Made by a program: the position numbers and the translations under genes. From an uncultured Nitrososphaerales archaeon (GTDB lineage Archaea; Thermoproteota; Nitrososphaeria; Nitrososphaerales; Nitrososphaeraceae): a DNA stretch of 64,000 nt. Shown in pieces: positions 59,065 through 64,000 of the stretch. The notes beneath the pieces are model-generated. The model did not search any database, was not told where the DNA came from, and saw only the letters and a list, made by a program, of their open reading frames with translations. Where the stretch lies: NCBI GenBank assembly GCA_963709405.1, contig CAVPXM010000038.1:96867-160866 (forward strand), given 5' to 3'. How positions within the stretch are numbered: position 1 is the first letter of the stretch; every line of letters begins with the position of its first letter.

Positions 59065-59307
59065 GCGCAAAAGTCAGATGATTCTATAAAGGCCGTTGGT
59101 CTTTTCAAAAGATTAGAGATTGATTATGTAGAATATAATATTAAGAAATTTGAAGAAAGCTGTTGCGGTGAGCTACCCACTACCACAGGCCCCTCAGTTT
59201 TTGCAGTTGAAGGAATCTTTAGAGGTTTAGAGGGGATTAATGAATATATTTCATTTAAAAGAGGCACCACTGATTCTGATATTGAGTCAGAAAGTGCGTA
59301 TTGGTGA
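59065..59307 (+). pseudogene. Glutaredoxin-like fragment
   Basis: Startless frame ..LEIDYVEYNI..SCCGELPTTTGPSVF..G..RGLEGI resembles the glutaredoxin fold. Confidence 0.4.
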
Positions 59308-59724
59308 CAGTGACAGTTGAATTAGCTGAGATGGCTTTATCTTTATTATATGCGAGTTGTTATCCAAAGAAAGCAATGATAAGCTTGCTTCGCAATTATA
59401 TTGATGTTATTGCAGTAAACTGGGAGCTTGGTTAGTTGATAAAATCAAAAAGAAACCAATTAAACTAGCCCAAAAATGTGCAGAGGTTCTTTTTGAAGAG
59501 ATAGATACTATACTTGAAAGTTTAGCAGAATTCGTCCCTGGGCTAGGAGGAGTTATAGAGATCAAGAAACACGTTAAAAATGGAGTTTCTGCGAGCAAGG
59601 GTAGCTTCAGAGGTTGCATGACAATCCTCATAGAAAAGTATCTTGGCTAGGTATTTGGCTACAAGATGTGTAAGTTCCTTTCAGGATAATATATTATACA
59701 AATAAGAGTTTTCCGTCTTCAGTT

Positions 59725-59850
59725 ACACTGGATGCCTCTTTCTTATCTTCTCTAACAAGCCTTACTAGTAGAATTCTTTCCCTTAGGTCAGCGTCTTTTT
59801 CATTTCTATAGGCTTTGTTCAAAGCTGCAGTCGCCAACAGATTAGGTACA
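59725..59850 (-). mobile_element. Possible IS630-family transposase N-terminal remnant
   Basis: Frame LNKAYRNEKDADLRERILLVRLV resembles IS630 N-termini; recognised from memory only. Confidence 0.4.
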
Positions 59851-60560
59851 CAATGTCCTCAAGCTAAATTTGTATTGGCCAAGACCATCAGACAGTCGTA
59901 TCAAATTATGTTAGGCAGTATAGTTGTTTTTTTACTATGTGCATACAGACTCGCATTCTCCACACAAATCATCATGATATTCTGTAGAAAATTTATGATC
60001 CCTTTTCTCAGAACTTCTACATAGGAAGTTCGATTTGATATTTCATTATGTTCTAATATATATGAAAGCGAATCTTAAAGGTGTTAAGACATATTACCGT
60101 CGTATTATCATTATTACCACTTCGTTACCTACATTTCCGCTATTACCATTAATGTTTCAGTGCAAACTCAAATAATGGTGGTTCATGAGATCCATTAAAT
60201 TATGTAAGAGTTCAAGAAATAATTTTCTGACTGCATCGTCATTTGCAATATCTGATGCTTCCAAAAGGTTTGATAGTAATAGACTTGATACTTGCATCGT
60301 AACATATTAAAAGATAGTTGAAAAGCCTTTAAGTTAAGAGCCCCTTAGTGCTCCTTCCGAAGTGTAAGATCGGGAGCGATCGATGTTATACTTCATAATA
60401 AAATATGAGCGCCGATGAGATAAAATAATAAATTGGAAGGACAGTCGAAAATAACTCCATGCAACAACTTCTTGAATAGCAAGGGAAATCTATTATGGCA
60501 GGAGAGATTTTAAAATATGTCCTGACTACTTAGACTTGCCTCTTCTATGTAAGCATAAAA

Positions 60561-61313
60561 TCATGTTATAAACTTCTCGGTATATCTAATCATTTGATCT
60601 ACAGTTCTCAAGATTTTTTTTGCTTCTTCTTGTCTAGTTGAAATGGTTTTCTTAAGTATCTGGCATCGTCTCTCAAACCACTTAGCTTGTTGAGAGCTTC
60701 CACGTATTCTGCTTTGGGATTACCTATTTTAATAAAGGAATTGTATCTGTACTGGATGTTCTCATGCTTCGCTTTACTAGGATAATCTGCCTCTGATATG
60801 ACAAAAAACTGGGTTGTTACTAATAATTCTGTGGCGCTAAATAAAATATCTACAAAAGGCCTCAAGAGCTTAGCATCAAAACAATATTTGGCTACATTAT
60901 AGAATTCCTTTCCTGCGTCAAATCTTTCTCTAGCCTTCTGCTTATTATATCTGAAATCAAAATGCATTATCCATTTTTCCCTAAACCTAATGAGAGTCAC
61001 ATGTCCAGAATTTGGAGTATCATCTTGGGTTAAGGTAATTTTTTGAATATCGTCTACTTCATGTTCATATACTGGTTCACCTGCTATCTCCTTATGTATC
61101 CCGGATCTTAGTTTTACAGTAGCAAATGCTCTCACCTCTTTATTTAATCTGATCACCGGAATATTCTTATCCGGATCTAGCAAGATTTGTGCTGAATATA
61201 AAGTAAAATTAGTATCTAAGCTTCCTCTTTGCTTTCTTAGTTCAACTTGCGGAATAACCCAGACTCATTATATGATCGAAGGCATTCTTTGAGCCCTCCG
61301 CATCTAGTGCCAT
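60561..61313 (-). CDS. HEPN-domain protein with N-terminal extension; frameshifts near 61262 and 60630
   Basis: A.EF...A, LFSATEL, KH, LRDDARY and EEAKKIL (next frame) match the HEPN pattern; upstream frame starts MALDAEG. Confidence 0.65.
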
Positions 61314-61818
61314 CTTCTATTCCTTAGACAGCCGTCTATGTATTTTAAGTGTCATGTAGTTGAGAATCGAATATCACTAAAGGGGATACTGAAGAGCCTC
61401 TTCTATTCAGATTAGAGTGACCATGCTATAACATTTTCAACCACATTATTATTCCAGCGTATTCATTATCTTTTATCTTCTCTCTTAACTGTAATAATGT
61501 GGCCCTTAATATCTTGCAGCCGCAGCTTCCAAACACTTAAAGAAGTAAAACGCCATATAACAAATGCACACACGCCTAGACGTATTACAGGATAGAGATG
61601 AAAAATCTAAGTAAATTTGGATAGGATGGATAAAGGTAATAGTAATACTGTCACTACCAGCCGTTCTAGTATCTCATTATATTATATTTACAGTGCGCTG
61701 ACAGACGGACAGCGAAATCAAATGAATAAACTGAATACCGCTAGAGACTCCTAATATCAAAGCTGATCCCCTGAAGTTAAAGATGTCGTGTACTCATGCA
61801 AAAAAATTATTGTCTTGA

Positions 61819-62439
61819 CTATTGCTGCAGTTTTGTTATTGTCCTGTAATTTGATGCTTGTGGCATTATTTGTCCACGAATCTCACTGTCACCCTTTAAC
61901 AAACTCAGGGATTTAGGATTATAAGTGTAAACTTCCACATATGCATTGCCACCATCAAAAAGCCTAACTAGATCAGCTATATTTTTACTACCTGCTAATG
62001 GTCCAAATTCAAGACTTTGAGTTGAAATAGTTCCATTGAAGAAGAATTTAGTGCGTTCAGATTGTGAAGCAGCGGACCTGCAACAAATTTCTGAGGGTAG
62101 AGATAATGTGCTTTGATATAATGTAGCCAAGGTACACCCATTTTCAGTTTCCTTACCGATATGGACATCAACTCTCGCCACGTCGTTATGTATCTTTGTG
62201 AGATTTATTTCATAGTATAATTCATTATTATTGTAGTTGGCATAGAATTTAGTAATACCTGTTGCGTTTGTATTTACAGGAGGAACTGTGTTATCTCCAG
62301 CCAATTTTGCTATAAAAATGTAATTTTCTTGTTGGGGATGTATTAGACTATCAGATTGTGTCATAGCAGCTGCTGATAATGTCATAACAAAACACAATAC
62401 TGCTAGTAATGTAAATGATAAGATCAATGCGGTGTTCAT
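61819..62439 (-). CDS. Secreted CHRD-domain protein
   Basis: Signal peptide, FIAKLAGDNTVPPVNTNATG, HIG..ENG, AYVEVYT, EIRGQI. Confidence 0.85.
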   Translation of the reverse strand: MNTALILSFTLLAVLCFVMTLSAAAMTQSDSLIHPQQENYIFIAKLAGDNTVPPVNTNATGITKFYANYNNNELYYEINLTKIHNDVARVDVHIGKETENGCTLATLYQSTLSLPSEICCRSAASQSERTKFFFNGTISTQSLEFGPLAGSKNIADLVRLFDGGNAYVEVYTYNPKSLSLLKGDSEIRGQIMPQASNYRTITKLQQ

Positions 62440-62557
62440 AGTCAGACACCGGCAGTAGTAGCATTAGTTTAATTATTAGATGTATTTTAATTAGAAAATA
62501 AGCGAAACTGATCTCAACATTCTACTCTAGTACGTTGAGTTGTAATTGTTGGGGAAG

Positions 62558-63469
62558 CTATGACATATATCCATATGCAATCTTTGTAATTACCTTCTGT
62601 GTTGGAATATCCACAACAGTGACGTAATCAGTTCCTCTGTTTGTAACATATGCTAATTTCTCTTTGCTATCAATATCTAATCCCCAAGGAGTTGCACCTG
62701 TTGATATTGTGTTTAATATTTGATTTGTCTTTGTAGAGATAAATGTTAATCCATCTCCAGCCAGGCTTGTAACCAATAAAATACCATTATCAGGATCAAC
62801 CTTTACGTTAATTGGATGTACCGGAACTGATATGGTTCCAACTGCTTTATCCGTTCTTGTGTCTATTATATCAATTAGATTAGCGTTATAATTAGCTACA
62901 TACAACATTCCATTGTTATGATCATACGTCATTGACCAACCCCCTGTCAAAAAGGATAGTGATAGAGGACCACCATTATTTTGTTCACTAATTGGTGGTG
63001 GGGTAAGCACAATTTCACTATTAGGTAAAGGGATTATTCTAGTTAGATTTTTTGTATTTGAATCATAAACTTCTAGTACCCCTCCTTCAAAAGGTGCTAC
63101 ATATAGCTTCTGTGGAATAGCTTCAACTGCCATTACTCCTGTCTTGGTACGTGTGTTAATATCACCAATAATCTTGTTGGATGTGGTATTGATTGTTGAA
63201 ACTATTGGTAAACCAAAATTAGATACATATAGTAATTGAGAACTGTCGGATGATAATGATAGTCCCATAGGTCTGCTCGGAGTAGGTATCTGAGCAATGA
63301 TATGATGTGCATATGCCATATGCTTGCTGAAGAAGATAGTGTTAAAGGATGCCATTACTACTGCTGCTGTTATAATAATACCCACAATCAAAACAGCTAG
63401 AATGAGGTTGGTCTTCTCATTTTTCATCTCTGAAAATATTAGAGGCTGTATTATCCATCTTTCTATCAT
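62558..63469 (-). CDS. Membrane-anchored YVTN/YncE beta-propeller protein, probably C-terminally truncated
   Basis: Repeats LYVSN, LYVAP, LYVAN, AYVTN with IDT....V..I; N-terminal TM. Confidence 0.85.
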   Translation of the reverse strand: MIERWIIQPLIFSEMKNEKTNLILAVLIVGIIITAAVVMASFNTIFFSKHMAYAHHIIAQIPTPSRPMGLSLSSDSSQLLYVSNFGLPIVSTINTTSNKIIGDINTRTKTGVMAVEAIPQKLYVAPFEGGVLEVYDSNTKNLTRIIPLPNSEIVLTPPPISEQNNGGPLSLSFLTGGWSMTYDHNNGMLYVANYNANLIDIIDTRTDKAVGTISVPVHPINVKVDPDNGILLVTSLAGDGLTFISTKTNQILNTISTGATPWGLDIDSKEKLAYVTNRGTDYVTVVDIPTQKVITKIAYGYMS

Positions 63470-64000
63470 TTATTGTTGTTTTTATTTTGGGATCAAAAGA
63501 TATTAATACTTGGTTTGCAATGCATTACAAGGATGTAATAATAGTATTTCAGGCATTATATTGATATGCGTCTGTTATGTGTCTTCAGTCAAGTTTAAAA
63601 CCATACTAACTTAATAAGGTATCTCTGTGAGGATTAGCCGTTGCATAGAACATTCTGCTTCCTATAACACAGCAACCAATACGATACAAGAATCTAGCGA
63701 TATCACATGGGCTCTAAAATCCTGTAATGTGAATTCCGATCAGATAACACAATAGAAAGACGCCTACGGACTACACCACTTTTATCTACCTCATCCCACT
63801 CTTTTACGTGCGAAATCAGATCAACTAGTTGTTCACTATCTTGATGCTCATAGTATTTATAATAATTTTATGGTTTATTATGAGAGATTGTACCTTTTGT
63901 TTAAGATCGGATCAGACATAATGGGTTAAAAAGAGTGATTGGAATATAGACGTTATGTTTGGTTGTTGTCTCTTTTTTTCAATCGAATTGTAAACCTAAT

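Noticed and set aside
59407-59650. Minus-strand 74-aa ORF
   Set aside because: The startless plus frame looks more protein-like; neither could be assigned

Overview
AT-rich archaeal DNA, most consistent with a soil ammonia-oxidising archaeon (Nitrososphaerales). This is inferred from the 4-hydroxybutyrate-CoA ligase, thermosome, TFE, archaeal r-proteins and gene style; no amo or rRNA genes are in the window. About 0.5-36 kb is mostly core genome: mre11-rad50, 4-hydroxybutyrate-CoA ligase, thermosome, L44e/S27e, late cobalamin operon, asd, cyoE, nep1, rnp4/S19e, a six-gene riboflavin operon, tfe and a DEAD-box helicase. About 36-64 kb is a gene-sparse accessory region with redox enzymes (including an NAD-type formate dehydrogenase), transporters, decayed two-component genes, IS remnants, a HEPN protein and secreted proteins. 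A complete but dead IS6-family element with terminal repeats and an 8-bp target duplication lies at 5977-6722. The strongest hidden signal is that most single-base frameshifts fall at GCNGC sites, suggesting methylation-induced long-read errors and hence an unseen C5-methyltransferase. Other leads are an amidohydrolase inside the rib operon, a glutaminase-less CbiP and an FDH with altered cofactor-specificity residues. All calls are by eye; no searches were run.
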